Of a DNA stretch of 64,000 nt, positions 38,410 through 48,285 are shown one piece after another. The DNA comes from Candidatus Bathyarchaeota archaeon (GTDB lineage Archaea > Thermoproteota > Bathyarchaeia > Bathyarchaeales > Bathycorpusculaceae): the NCBI GenBank assembly GCA_963806535.1, contig CAWDYC010000003.1, positions 352,001 through 416,000 on the forward strand. Direction: 5' to 3'. Every line of letters starts with the position of its first letter. The stretch's first letter is position 1. A program made the position numbers and the translations under genes. The notes below the pieces were generated by a model. It had not been told where the DNA came from. It saw nothing but the letters and a program-made list of their open reading frames with translations, and ran no database searches.

Positions 38410-39857
38410 TTAGCTTTTGGATTTTTCAAGTAACTCGTTTATGTATTGGTTGACTGTTTTGTCTTGTTTTTTTGCTACCCGTTTTATGGCGTCGTTGATG
38501 CCTGTTGAGTACTGAACTGCTTTCTTGGGTTTATCCACCAGCACGCTTGGCAAGCCAACGTTTAATGCCACTTTTCTCAGCACCAGCTTCCTCAAGGTGT
38601 CTTCTTTTGGCTCCATTTTGCATTCAATCGGTAAAGTCAAAGCAAATTCGGCAAGCTCATAGGATGCAAAAGGCAAACGCAGCTCAACGTCATGGAAAAT
38701 TGTGATTTTGAGGTCCCGTTCAAGATTACTCTCAAAAATATTGGCTACATCACTAAACATTGTTTTTCGGACTTTTTCGGCGCCATCTTTGCAGTATTCT
38801 TTGACGTAGCGTTGGTATCCTCCGAACAATTCATCTGCACCTTGCCCAGCCAACATTACGTGGAAACGTGCTTCAGCCGCTTTTTCAGCAACCCAATAAA
38901 ACGGCAAACCAACGCTGGCTTTAATCGGGTCAGCCTCCTCGATGAGCGCTACGACTTGAGGTAAGGTATTTTCAAGTCAGAATCCTTGAATAAATCGACT
39001 TGAAGAGGCAAATTTAGTTTTTCTGATGCTTCAATTGCTTCTTCGGTTTCAGGCTGATTTTCCATACTCACGTGGAACAGGTGAACTTTTACTCCAAGTT
39101 TGCTTGCCAAAAAAGCGACTAAGCTGCTGTCTAATCCTCCTGAAAACGCAACGGCAACCTCTTTCCAGCCCACTTGTGCGCCGTCTGATTGATTCTTCAA
39201 GAAGAACCCCAAGCCTCTTTGCTGCCTCATCCAATGATATCGAAGCAGGCTCATTGTAAGTGAGTGTTTTAACGGGTTTAAACTGGAATCCTTCGCGATT
39301 TAAAAATCCGATGTTTCCTGGCGGAAAAGATTGCGGGTTTTCTATGCCCAGCAGCCATAGGGCTTTTCGGTTTGTGGCAACTGCGGCGATGGCTTTGGTT
39401 TTCGCCATAATAGAGCGGTTGAACTCCCACTGGGTCTCTTCCTGCCCCAATCCAACCTTCTTTAGCAATTAGAAAAGAGTAATCTCCATCTGCATTCGCC
39501 ATCAGCGTTTGCAGTAGGGCTTCGCAGTGAAGCGGTTTCTTGGCAACCTCTTCCATAACTGCATTTTTTGGTATAGGCGAATAGATTCTGCCTTCAAAAA
39601 GAAGTGCCGCATCTTCTAACTGCAAAAATTCATAGCCACTTGACACTAGCAGGTTTTGAGGAAACATAGCCGATGGCTGTTGAAGACTCGATGCCTTGTC
39701 TGCTAAGAATGCCGGGGCTTTTCTCGAGAACAGTTTTCTTTGGCGAAACCAACCCAAAATGTGAAGGCTGCCTTCCGCTAAGCGTGTTGAGAACATCAAG
39801 AAGGCGGTCAACGACATTATCGCCCTCTTTATCTAATACCGCAACAGTTGTTTTCAT
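38410..39857 (-). pseudogene. asnB: Asparagine synthase (AsnB-like) broken by about four frameshifts
   Basis: Five consecutive ORF pieces give RDPVGVQPLYY, AFSGGLDSS and GQGADELFGGY. Shifts lie near 39645, 39397, 39166 and 38976. Confidence 0.85.
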
Positions 39858-39949
39858 AATTAAACCCTCAATACCAAATACAAAATGAAATAGTATTGGT
39901 AAAACATTAATCTTTAATCAGTATAACCTTCGCTTGAGGAAACAATAGC

Positions 39950-41284
39950 TTGCCAATCCTACCCATAGACACTGGCCGTTATGGAACGCCAGAAATGCTA
40001 AAAATATTTGAAGAAGAAACACGTCTTCAGAAGCTACTTGATGTTGAAGCTGCCTTAGCTTTAGCGCATGCTGAAGTAGGAAACATCCCAAACAAAGATG
40101 CCCAAAAAATCGCTTCGATGGCAAACACAAAACACGTTAAAGTTGATCGAGTAAAATCTATTGAAAAAGAAATAAAGCATGATATTGCATCTCTGGTTCG
40201 AGCACTTTCAGAAGTCAGCGGGTCAAGCGGTGCCTACGTACATTTGGGCGCAACAAGCTACGACATCGTCGATACCGCGAATGCGCTCCAGCTAAAAGAT
40301 GCCTCCGCACTTATTGAAAAAAGACTTGTAGAACTCAAAACCATTTTGCAGAAACAGGCTGACCAATACAAAGAAACCATTATGATTGGCAGAACTCACG
40401 GGCAACATGCCTTGCCGATCACTTTGGGCTTCAAGTTTGCTGTTTGGGGCTACGAAATAGAAAGGCAAATTGAACGGTTAAAGGAATGCAAAAAAAGAGT
40501 TTTGGTTGGCAAAATAAGCGGCGCAGTAGGTACGCAGGCAGGTTTAGGCGAAAACGCACCAATGATTCAAGAGTTTGTTATGAAAAAGCTTGGACTTAAA
40601 GCGGCTGAGATTTCAACACAAATCGTGCAAAGAGACCGCTACGCTGAACTCATATGTATATACGCAATGATTGCTTCTTCGCTTGAAAACTTTGCAACAG
40701 AAATACGCGAGCTGCAAAGGCCAGAAATAGCAGAAGTTTTCGAAGCCTTTGAAGCATCCAAGCAAGTTGGAAGCTCCACAATGCCTCATAAACAGAATCC
40801 GGAGACATGCGAGCGTGTTTGTGGCTTAGCTCGAATCGTTCGAAGTCTTAGCACGCCGGCATTAGAAGATATGATTACTTGGCACGAGAGAGATTTAACT
40901 CAGTCTTCGGCTGAACGATTTATTCTGCCAGAATCAAACATCTTGCTTGACTACATACTTAGCCTAATGTGCAATATTGTGCCAAATCTTCGAGTTGATA
41001 AAGAACGGATGATTCAGAACCTTAGCATAACTCAGGGACGGGCAATGTCAGAATCAGTAATGATGACCTTAGCAAAGAAAGGTGTGAACAGGCAAGAAGC
41101 TCATGAGTTGCTAAGGAAACTAACTATACAAAGCGCTTTGGAAAAGAAAGAATTCAAGCAGATTCTTCTAAAGGACAAACTTGTTAGCAGCAAATTAACT
41201 GAGAAGGAAATTGACGAAGCGTTGGACCCGAAGAATTATTTGGGCACCGCAATTAAACAAGCAGAAAAATTTGCTAAAAGCTAA
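39950..41284 (+). CDS. purB: Adenylosuccinate lyase
   Basis: HLGATSYD, GRTHGQHA, GSSTMPHKQNP. Confidence 0.97.
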   Translation: MPILPIDTGRYGTPEMLKIFEEETRLQKLLDVEAALALAHAEVGNIPNKDAQKIASMANTKHVKVDRVKSIEKEIKHDIASLVRALSEVSGSSGAYVHLGATSYDIVDTANALQLKDASALIEKRLVELKTILQKQADQYKETIMIGRTHGQHALPITLGFKFAVWGYEIERQIERLKECKKRVLVGKISGAVGTQAGLGENAPMIQEFVMKKLGLKAAEISTQIVQRDRYAELICIYAMIASSLENFATEIRELQRPEIAEVFEAFEASKQVGSSTMPHKQNPETCERVCGLARIVRSLSTPALEDMITWHERDLTQSSAERFILPESNILLDYILSLMCNIVPNLRVDKERMIQNLSITQGRAMSESVMMTLAKKGVNRQEAHELLRKLTIQSALEKKEFKQILLKDKLVSSKLTEKEIDEALDPKNYLGTAIKQAEKFAKS

Positions 41285-43527
41285 AAGTCTCCAAGGGCCT
41301 TCTGCTTAAATTCTTGCTCACTAGTCAGTTTGTCCCATTCGTCCTTTTTTACAAAGCCGCCAACTTGTTCCTTTATTTTCTTCGCCAACCTTGGGCCAAC
41401 TGTCGGCAAATTAGTTAATTCTTCGATTGATGCGTGTTTTATATCTTCGATAGTGTGATATCCTGCGTTGAAAATTATGCGGCCACGAACTCTTCCTACC
41501 CCTTCTAAATGTACAATGGGTAGAAGTTCTCGTTTTATCCCTTTAGATACTCGTTCAATTAACTCGTTAGTTAAGGGTAAGATTTCTTTTGCTTTGAAAA
41601 GCGGTGCAATCTCATCAGTTGCATGAAGCAGCCATTTTGCATTTTCAATAGTTCTGTACAAATCGCCTGGTTGAACATTATATTGTTCTATGAGTTTTTC
41701 TTCGCTAACTTCTTCAATCCAACTTTTCATTACCAATGAAGTTTTGATTTCTCCAAGAAACTGCTCATATGTTAAATGATCATCCCACTCGTTTGGAGCA
41801 TCAACAAATAGCTCGTCCCGATGCTGTTCCAATTGAACCGCCAGAACATCACATTCGCGCGCGTAAGGTCTCATTACTGGCCCCATGTCCGGCGTATGAG
41901 AGATCAAATGGAACACCCCGAAATCTGTCAGTTTAGCAGGCTTGTTTCTTAGGGCATCGCGTATTACGACCGCAGAAAGAGGATCAATATAGAGTTCACT
42001 TACCCTTTTCCCAAACTTTGTTGCAAAAATGTCGTCTCCATCAACATCAATCATTTCCTCTTCGTAAAGCCACTTAAGGATTTTAGCGATGATACCCTTG
42101 ATAGCTTTTACATCATATTGATAAGCATAGAAAGTCTTTCCGAAAAACTCATAAATGCCATTTTCCGAGTGCGCAAAATCTGAAGCCACTGTAGACAAGA
42201 CGTGTCCCCGGATGATTTTTTCGACACCCAGTCTAGACCAAATTCGCTCAGGCTTAGCCATAATATAGCCTTCCATTAGATAATCGGCTTCGTCTGAGGT
42301 TTTGGCGATTAGGATTGATTCGCCCACTTTGTCGTATTTTGGACGCCCTGCTCTACCAGCCATTTGCTTATACTCAAGTACGCTTATTGGATAATTGCCA
42401 TAACCTGGTTCAAAACGCCTGTAATCTTGAATAATAACCGTACGCGCGGGAAGATTTACTCCAAACGCCAATGTGGGAGTTGCAGTTAAGACCTTTATTT
42501 TTCCCTCTTTAAACGCGTCCTCGATTATTTTACGATGTGCTCCTGCTAAGCCCGCATGGTGAAAAGCCGCACCACATTGGACAAATTGGGCAAGGGTTTC
42601 GCTGATTTGGGTGCGCTCGCCTGCGGAAATGATTTTGGCTGCCTCATGCTCTAATGTTCTTTTCATAGGCTTGGATAAGGCATCGCCTGTGTGTTGCGCA
42701 ATGGTTTTAGCGGCTGAAACCGCGTTCTTCCGTGTTGAAGCAAAAACAAGTGCTTGTCCGCCGCCTTTAATTGTGTTTAAAACTAAATTAACTGTAGGAA
42801 TATGTGTTTTTTTCTCTATTTTCCTTGCGGAGCCATCTTTGTATTGTATTTCATCGTTTAAAACAACACCTTCCTTAAGGCTAACGGGGCGCCATTCTGT
42901 AACAATATATTTAGCGTTTATCCATCCAGCAATTTCGTCAACGTTACCAATAGTTGCGCTCAAAGCTAAAACTTGAAGGTGAGGATTCACCTGCAGAAGC
43001 CTAGCTAACACAACCTCAAGAGTTGGACCACGCCCTGCGTCATTTAAAAGATGAACCTCATCTGCCACTACAAGCGAGATTTCATCCATCCATTTGGCAC
43101 GGTGCCGAAGAAGCGAATCGGCTTTCTCGTTGGTGGTTACTATTATGTCGTAGCGTTCAAGCCAATTGTCGGCAGTGTCAAAGTCACCTGTGCTTACACC
43201 AACTGAAATTTTTCGACCATCCTTCTTTCGAATAGATGTGTATTTTCTAAAATCCTCGAATTTCTCGCTTGCTAAAGCGCGCAGTGGAGCAAGATAAAGC
43301 ACTTTGCCATTTTTTTCGAGCACATGTTTGAGACCGCAGAGTTCCGCAATCAACGTTTTACCCGACGCTGTTGGGCTCGCTAAAACTATGTTTTGACCTT
43401 CAAGCACTCCTGCCCGTATGGTGTCTTCCTGAGGAGGAAACAACTCAGCAATCCCCAAGTTAAGCAATACGTCCTTGACGGTTTCTGGAACAGGCAACTC
43501 TGCAATCTTCAAATTGAATCGCCACAA
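41281..43527 (-). CDS. hel308: Ski2-like DNA helicase Hel308/Hjm
   Basis: PTASGKT, DEVH, LSAT, HHAGL, QMAGRAGRP, C-terminal HhH. Confidence 0.93.
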   Translation of the reverse strand: MWRFNLKIAELPVPETVKDVLLNLGIAELFPPQEDTIRAGVLEGQNIVLASPTASGKTLIAELCGLKHVLEKNGKVLYLAPLRALASEKFEDFRKYTSIRKKDGRKISVGVSTGDFDTADNWLERYDIIVTTNEKADSLLRHRAKWMDEISLVVADEVHLLNDAGRGPTLEVVLARLLQVNPHLQVLALSATIGNVDEIAGWINAKYIVTEWRPVSLKEGVVLNDEIQYKDGSARKIEKKTHIPTVNLVLNTIKGGGQALVFASTRKNAVSAAKTIAQHTGDALSKPMKRTLEHEAAKIISAGERTQISETLAQFVQCGAAFHHAGLAGAHRKIIEDAFKEGKIKVLTATPTLAFGVNLPARTVIIQDYRRFEPGYGNYPISVLEYKQMAGRAGRPKYDKVGESILIAKTSDEADYLMEGYIMAKPERIWSRLGVEKIIRGHVLSTVASDFAHSENGIYEFFGKTFYAYQYDVKAIKGIIAKILKWLYEEEMIDVDGDDIFATKFGKRVSELYIDPLSAVVIRDALRNKPAKLTDFGVFHLISHTPDMGPVMRPYARECDVLAVQLEQHRDELFVDAPNEWDDHLTYEQFLGEIKTSLVMKSWIEEVSEEKLIEQYNVQPGDLYRTIENAKWLLHATDEIAPLFKAKEILPLTNELIERVSKGIKRELLPIVHLEGVGRVRGRIIFNAGYHTIEDIKHASIEELTNLPTVGPRLAKKIKEQVGGFVKKDEWDKLTSEQEFKQKALGDF

Positions 43528-43669
43528 ACTGTTAATTTATGAGTTATTGAACAAGCTAATTAATAGAATTAGTCGTATCAAAAGTGTTTTTTCAGCTACA
43601 TTTTTCTACTTGATGTGATATTAGCAAAGTGACGAGTTATCTCATCCCTTTACATAGGTAGGATACTGT

Positions 43670-44893
43670 ATGGTTGAAAACGTAAAAGAACTTCTTAAAC
43701 TGCATGAAGGCATAATACACGAAGTTTACTTAGACAACGAAAACTCCAGCATAGTTCCCCAAGAAGTAGTTGACGAGATGCTGCCATATTTTAACAAAAA
43801 AGCTGTCGGCAACCCCACACTTACGCATAAACCAGGCTGGGAAGCCTTTGAAGTCATAATAAATTGCTTCCAAAAAATCAGCAAAACCCTAGGCGCAAAA
43901 ATCCTCGAAGAAATAACATTCACTCCAGGCGAAACAGAAGCCAACAACCTAGCAATAATGGGAACATGCTTTGCACAAAAAAGCAAAGGCAAAAAAATCG
44001 TAATATCCGAAATCGAACCCATCAACGTTTTGCAAGTTGCTGAGATGATGCAGAAATTCGGTTTTACAACGACTAAAATTCCAGTAAACCAAGAAGGCTT
44101 CATCAATCTTGAAAAACTTAAAGAAGCAGTCGACAACGAAACCATTCTTGTCAGTGTTTCTTCCGTGAACAATGAAATTGGAACAGTGCAACCGATTAAG
44201 GAAGCAGTTGACATTGTTAAAGCTAAAAACCCTCAAACACTTTTTCACACTGATGCTTCTGACGCTTATGGCAGAATCCCTCTAAATGTTCAAAACCTAA
44301 ACGTTGACTTAGCGACAATTAGCAGTTACAAGATTCAAGGTCCCCGCGGCATGGGAGCTATGTACATGCGAGACGGTATAAACATGGAACGTATTCTTGA
44401 AGGGCAAATTGGAACACAGAAACTTTGGCCAGGAGTCGAAAATACACCATTAATAGTTGGTTTCACAAAAGCATCAGAACTCGCATTCCAAAATTTCGAA
44501 GCAAACACCACCAAAATGCGGATGTTACGCGATAAACTTGTTGACGGTATATTTGGTGAGCTTGATGACTTGCGTTTTAACGGTCCAAAAGGTGACAAAC
44601 GTTCTCCTGACAACGCAAATGTTAGCATTCTGCGAGCTGAAGGAGAAGCATTAACCATTGAATTAAGCCTCAACGGCGTCTATATTTCTAGCGGAAGTGC
44701 ATGCAGCCGTAGACTACTCCAGCCAAGCCATGTTCTTATTGCAATCGGACGCATATTTGAGGAAGCACATGGCAGTATTCTTATGAAAACAACACGTTAC
44801 TTAACAGAAGAGGATATAGCTTACGTTCTCAAAGTCTTACCAACAGCTGTCAATCGTATTAGAGGGATAGTTGGCTCAACAGGAGTTCATTAG
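43670..44893 (+). CDS. iscS: IscS/NifS-like cysteine desulfurase homolog (divergent active site)
   Basis: YLDN, NNEIG, SSYK, SSGSACS; upstream of iscU. Confidence 0.8.
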   Translation: MVENVKELLKLHEGIIHEVYLDNENSSIVPQEVVDEMLPYFNKKAVGNPTLTHKPGWEAFEVIINCFQKISKTLGAKILEEITFTPGETEANNLAIMGTCFAQKSKGKKIVISEIEPINVLQVAEMMQKFGFTTTKIPVNQEGFINLEKLKEAVDNETILVSVSSVNNEIGTVQPIKEAVDIVKAKNPQTLFHTDASDAYGRIPLNVQNLNVDLATISSYKIQGPRGMGAMYMRDGINMERILEGQIGTQKLWPGVENTPLIVGFTKASELAFQNFEANTTKMRMLRDKLVDGIFGELDDLRFNGPKGDKRSPDNANVSILRAEGEALTIELSLNGVYISSGSACSRRLLQPSHVLIAIGRIFEEAHGSILMKTTRYLTEEDIAYVLKVLPTAVNRIRGIVGSTGVH

Positions 44894-44894
44894 T

Positions 44895-45413
44895 ATGTCA
44901 CGTATACCTTTGCCCTACAATCCAAAAGTCATGGATTTATTTAGAAACCCCAAGAACTTGGGAAAAATGGAAGATGCCACAGTCGTAGCAGTTGCTGGGA
45001 ACCCAGCTTGCGGAGACATGATAACTTTCTACCTGAAAATAAGCGACAAAGACATTATTGAAAAGGCAAGTTTTGAAAGTTATGGTTGCGCTGCTAACAT
45101 TGCCACCTCAAGTATAGTTACAGAAATGATTAAGTGCTTAAGTCTTGAGCAAGCATGGAATGACATAACTTGGAAAAGAGTAACTGAGGAAATTGGGGGT
45201 TTACCAAGCGTCAAATTTCACTGTGGAGTTCTTGCAGTCGGTGCCCTGAAACGAGCTATAAGACAATACTTCAAGGAGAAAGGCGCGGCAACACCTAGTT
45301 GGATGCCGGCAGAACATACTTTTGAAGAAAAGCAAGCGCTTGAAGAAGAAGAGTTGGCAAAGACCTTATCCAAAAGAATGAAAGTAGAGGCAGATAAAAA
45401 GGCAGAGAAGTAA
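44895..45413 (+). CDS. iscU: Fe-S scaffold IscU/NifU
   Basis: GNPACGD, YGCAANIA, LPSVKFHC. Confidence 0.93.
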   Translation: MSRIPLPYNPKVMDLFRNPKNLGKMEDATVVAVAGNPACGDMITFYLKISDKDIIEKASFESYGCAANIATSSIVTEMIKCLSLEQAWNDITWKRVTEEIGGLPSVKFHCGVLAVGALKRAIRQYFKEKGAATPSWMPAEHTFEEKQALEEEELAKTLSKRMKVEADKKAEK

Positions 45414-45415
45414 TC

Positions 45416-46648
45416 GTGGATATTCAAGCGCTCCGCAACGATTTTCCAATATTAAAACGTAAAGTAAACGATAATCCTCTAATTTACTTTGATAACGCCG
45501 CAACCACCCAGAAGCCACAGCAGGTAATCGACGCTATCACCAGTTTTTACGAAAACAATAACGCCAACGTACATAGAGCAATCCACACACTATCATTAGA
45601 AGCAACAGACCTGTATGAGAACGCAAGAATAAAAATTGCAAAATTCGTGAACGCCAAAGAATGGGAAGAAGTTGTTTTTGTCCGCGGCACTACAGAAGCT
45701 ATCAACCTTGTCGCTTATTCTTGGGGACTAAACAATTTATGTAAGGGTGACGAGGTTCTTGTCTCACTGATGGAGCATCACAGCAACATAGTGCCTTGGG
45801 AAATCACCTCTAAAATAAAGGGTTTCAAAATTAAGTATGCGAAAGTAAACGCTGACGGAACATTAGATTACGACGATTTTGAAAAACAATTTTCCAACAA
45901 AACAAAAATCGCCTGCTTAAGCCATGTGTCAAATGTCACAGGCATAATCAATGATGTCAAACGAATCACAAAAGCTGCCCATGACAATGGCACTTTAATG
46001 CTTATAGATGGAGCGCAGTCTGTGCCACACATGAATGTGGATGTTCAAGATTTAGATGCAGATTTTCTTGCTTTTTCAGGCCACAAAATGCTTGGCCCCA
46101 CAGGAATCGGAGTACTTTACGGCAAAAAAGAGGTTCTTCAAAAGATGCCACCGTTCCAAGGAGGAGGAGAAATGATAAAAGAAGTCTCTTTCACCCCTAA
46201 CTCAGGCTGCAGCATAACGTGGAATGATTTACCATGGAAATTTGAGGCAGGCACACCAGACATTTGTGGAGCAGTTTGTTTAGCTGAAGCAGTGAAATAT
46301 CTTGAAGCAATTGGCATGGACCAAGTGCTAAGCCACGAGAAAGAATTAACTAAGTACGCGGTCGAACGCATGCAAGAATGCAGCAAAGTAACCATTTACG
46401 GCTCCGGTGACATTTCCAAGAAATGCGGCATCATACCCTTCAGCGTTAAAGGTTTGTCTTCGCATGATGTGGCGCTAATCTGCGATAACTATGGCATAAT
46501 GATTCGAAGTGGTTATCACTGTGCTCAGCCACTTCACGAGGAAGTTCTAAAGCTACAATCAACTGACAGAGCAAGCTTTTACATTTACAATACAAAAGAA
46601 GAAATTGACCGTTTTGTTGAAGTTCTAAATGAAATGGGGCAACTCTAA
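45416..46648 (+). CDS. sufS: Cysteine desulfurase SufS
   Basis: YFDNAATTQKP, MEHHSN, FSGHKMLGP, RSGYHCA. Confidence 0.95.
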   Translation: MDIQALRNDFPILKRKVNDNPLIYFDNAATTQKPQQVIDAITSFYENNNANVHRAIHTLSLEATDLYENARIKIAKFVNAKEWEEVVFVRGTTEAINLVAYSWGLNNLCKGDEVLVSLMEHHSNIVPWEITSKIKGFKIKYAKVNADGTLDYDDFEKQFSNKTKIACLSHVSNVTGIINDVKRITKAAHDNGTLMLIDGAQSVPHMNVDVQDLDADFLAFSGHKMLGPTGIGVLYGKKEVLQKMPPFQGGGEMIKEVSFTPNSGCSITWNDLPWKFEAGTPDICGAVCLAEAVKYLEAIGMDQVLSHEKELTKYAVERMQECSKVTIYGSGDISKKCGIIPFSVKGLSSHDVALICDNYGIMIRSGYHCAQPLHEEVLKLQSTDRASFYIYNTKEEIDRFVEVLNEMGQL

Positions 46649-46917
46649 TGGCTACTTTAGACGATTATATAGCTCGAGTTGAGGGAACATGCGGCGCAGA
46701 AAAAGACGTCATAGTTGTCTTCAAATTTGACAAGAAGGATGAAGCCATTGCCAATATTATAAAAAAGGCGCAAGTTAAAAATAAAATAGCTGGAATAATT
46801 TTTGAATTGACATTTCAAGATACCTCTTTTAGGCTTTATTCAAGTGGAAAAGCTATTTTTCGGAGCATCAAAAATAGGGAAGAACTAAACCAGCTTTTAT
46901 CAGCCCTGCTGCTTTAG
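46648..46917 (+). CDS. Small hypothetical protein coupled to sufS
   Basis: TAATG overlap; TCG motif; FRLYSSGKAIF resembles the C-terminal extension of long MoeB/ThiF proteins. Confidence 0.6.
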   Translation: MATLDDYIARVEGTCGAEKDVIVVFKFDKKDEAIANIIKKAQVKNKIAGIIFELTFQDTSFRLYSSGKAIFRSIKNREELNQLLSALLL

Positions 46918-47019
46918 ACAAAACCATCAATTTTGAGTTCTGTCTTATTTTCGTGAAAGCAAGTTAGATATATAAAGTACTGATTAAATAGGTTCAAGCT
47001 AATCTGGGCGCCTGTACCT

Positions 47020-48258
47020 ATGAAAATTGCATTAATTCACACACCTTTATGGGGGCGCGGGGGTGCTGAACGGCAAGTTTTGATGTTGGCTATTGAACTT
47101 CAAAAACTCGGAAACGAGGTTGAACTTTTCACACCAATGGTTAACAGAGAAGAGTGCTATCCAGAATTAATGCGACAAGTAAATATAAGAGAAACTGCCC
47201 AAAATCGCTTTATTCCTTTAAGAAGAAATAGCATTTCAACTTCTTCCACGAGCAAAATTGGCGAAATTTCAGATAACCGAAACCCTCTCCGTAGAATCGC
47301 AGTGAATCAGTTTTACGCGCTTGGTTTGCCGTCTATGCTTAGGCTTGGAAAGTCGATACCCAAAGGATTCGATATAATTAATAATCATAATGCCCCAACT
47401 GAATGGGCGGCTTTTGAAGCCAAGAAAAGCCTGAAAGCACCAATAGTTTGGATGTGCAACGAACCTCCATCTTGGTTTTACTTTGCTCCTGGAAGAGGAA
47501 TAAGAAAAAAGCTTACCTGGCCGCTTTTTGAGTTGTGGGACAAGACCTCTGTAAGATACATTGACGAGATAACCGTTCTGTCACATGTTGCTGAAAAACT
47601 TGTCAAAAACATCTATAACAGACCAGCAAAAGTGGTAAGAACAGGCGTTGATCTTGAGAAATTCAAAAATGTTTCCGGAAATGAAATAAGAAAAAAGTAT
47701 GGACTAGAAAATGATTTTGTTCTTCTTTCAGTTTGTAATTTAGCTCCTATAAAACGGCCAGGTGACTCTATAATGGCACTTCACTTTTTGTCTAAGCAGC
47801 ATGATAATGTGAAGCTTATTTTTGATGGTTCAGGTCCTCGAGAAAACTTGATCAAATTAATTGAAAAATTGGGTCTAAAAGAGAAAGTGTTTTTCTTGCA
47901 TTCAAAAAGCGACGAAGAACTATTGAAGGTGTATGCAGCTTGCGACGCTTTTGTTTTTCCTCCACAAATAACGTGGGGGCTAGCTGTCATAGAAGCAATG
48001 GCTGCTTCGAAACCAGTTATAGTCTCCAACGCATGCGGTGCTTCTGAAATCATAGAGGATAACGTAAACGGGATGATAGTAGAACACGCAAAACCCGAGC
48101 AGATGGCAAAAAAAGTGGAACTGCTAATAAACGATCCACAGCTGAGGCGCAGTATTGGAAGAAACGCGTTTGAATACGTGGCAACCAATCTCTCATGGAA
48201 AAACTACGCCAAGTCTATGGAAAACATTTTTCAGCAAACAATTTCGCGAATGAAGTAA
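47020..48258 (+). CDS. Glycosyltransferase family 4
   Basis: RGGAER, WGLAVIEAMAASKPVI. Confidence 0.92.
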   Translation: MKIALIHTPLWGRGGAERQVLMLAIELQKLGNEVELFTPMVNREECYPELMRQVNIRETAQNRFIPLRRNSISTSSTSKIGEISDNRNPLRRIAVNQFYALGLPSMLRLGKSIPKGFDIINNHNAPTEWAAFEAKKSLKAPIVWMCNEPPSWFYFAPGRGIRKKLTWPLFELWDKTSVRYIDEITVLSHVAEKLVKNIYNRPAKVVRTGVDLEKFKNVSGNEIRKKYGLENDFVLLSVCNLAPIKRPGDSIMALHFLSKQHDNVKLIFDGSGPRENLIKLIEKLGLKEKVFFLHSKSDEELLKVYAACDAFVFPPQITWGLAVIEAMAASKPVIVSNACGASEIIEDNVNGMIVEHAKPEQMAKKVELLINDPQLRRSIGRNAFEYVATNLSWKNYAKSMENIFQQTISRMK

Positions 48259-48285
48259 AAAGCAGTTCTAGTCATGCTAAGTTAA

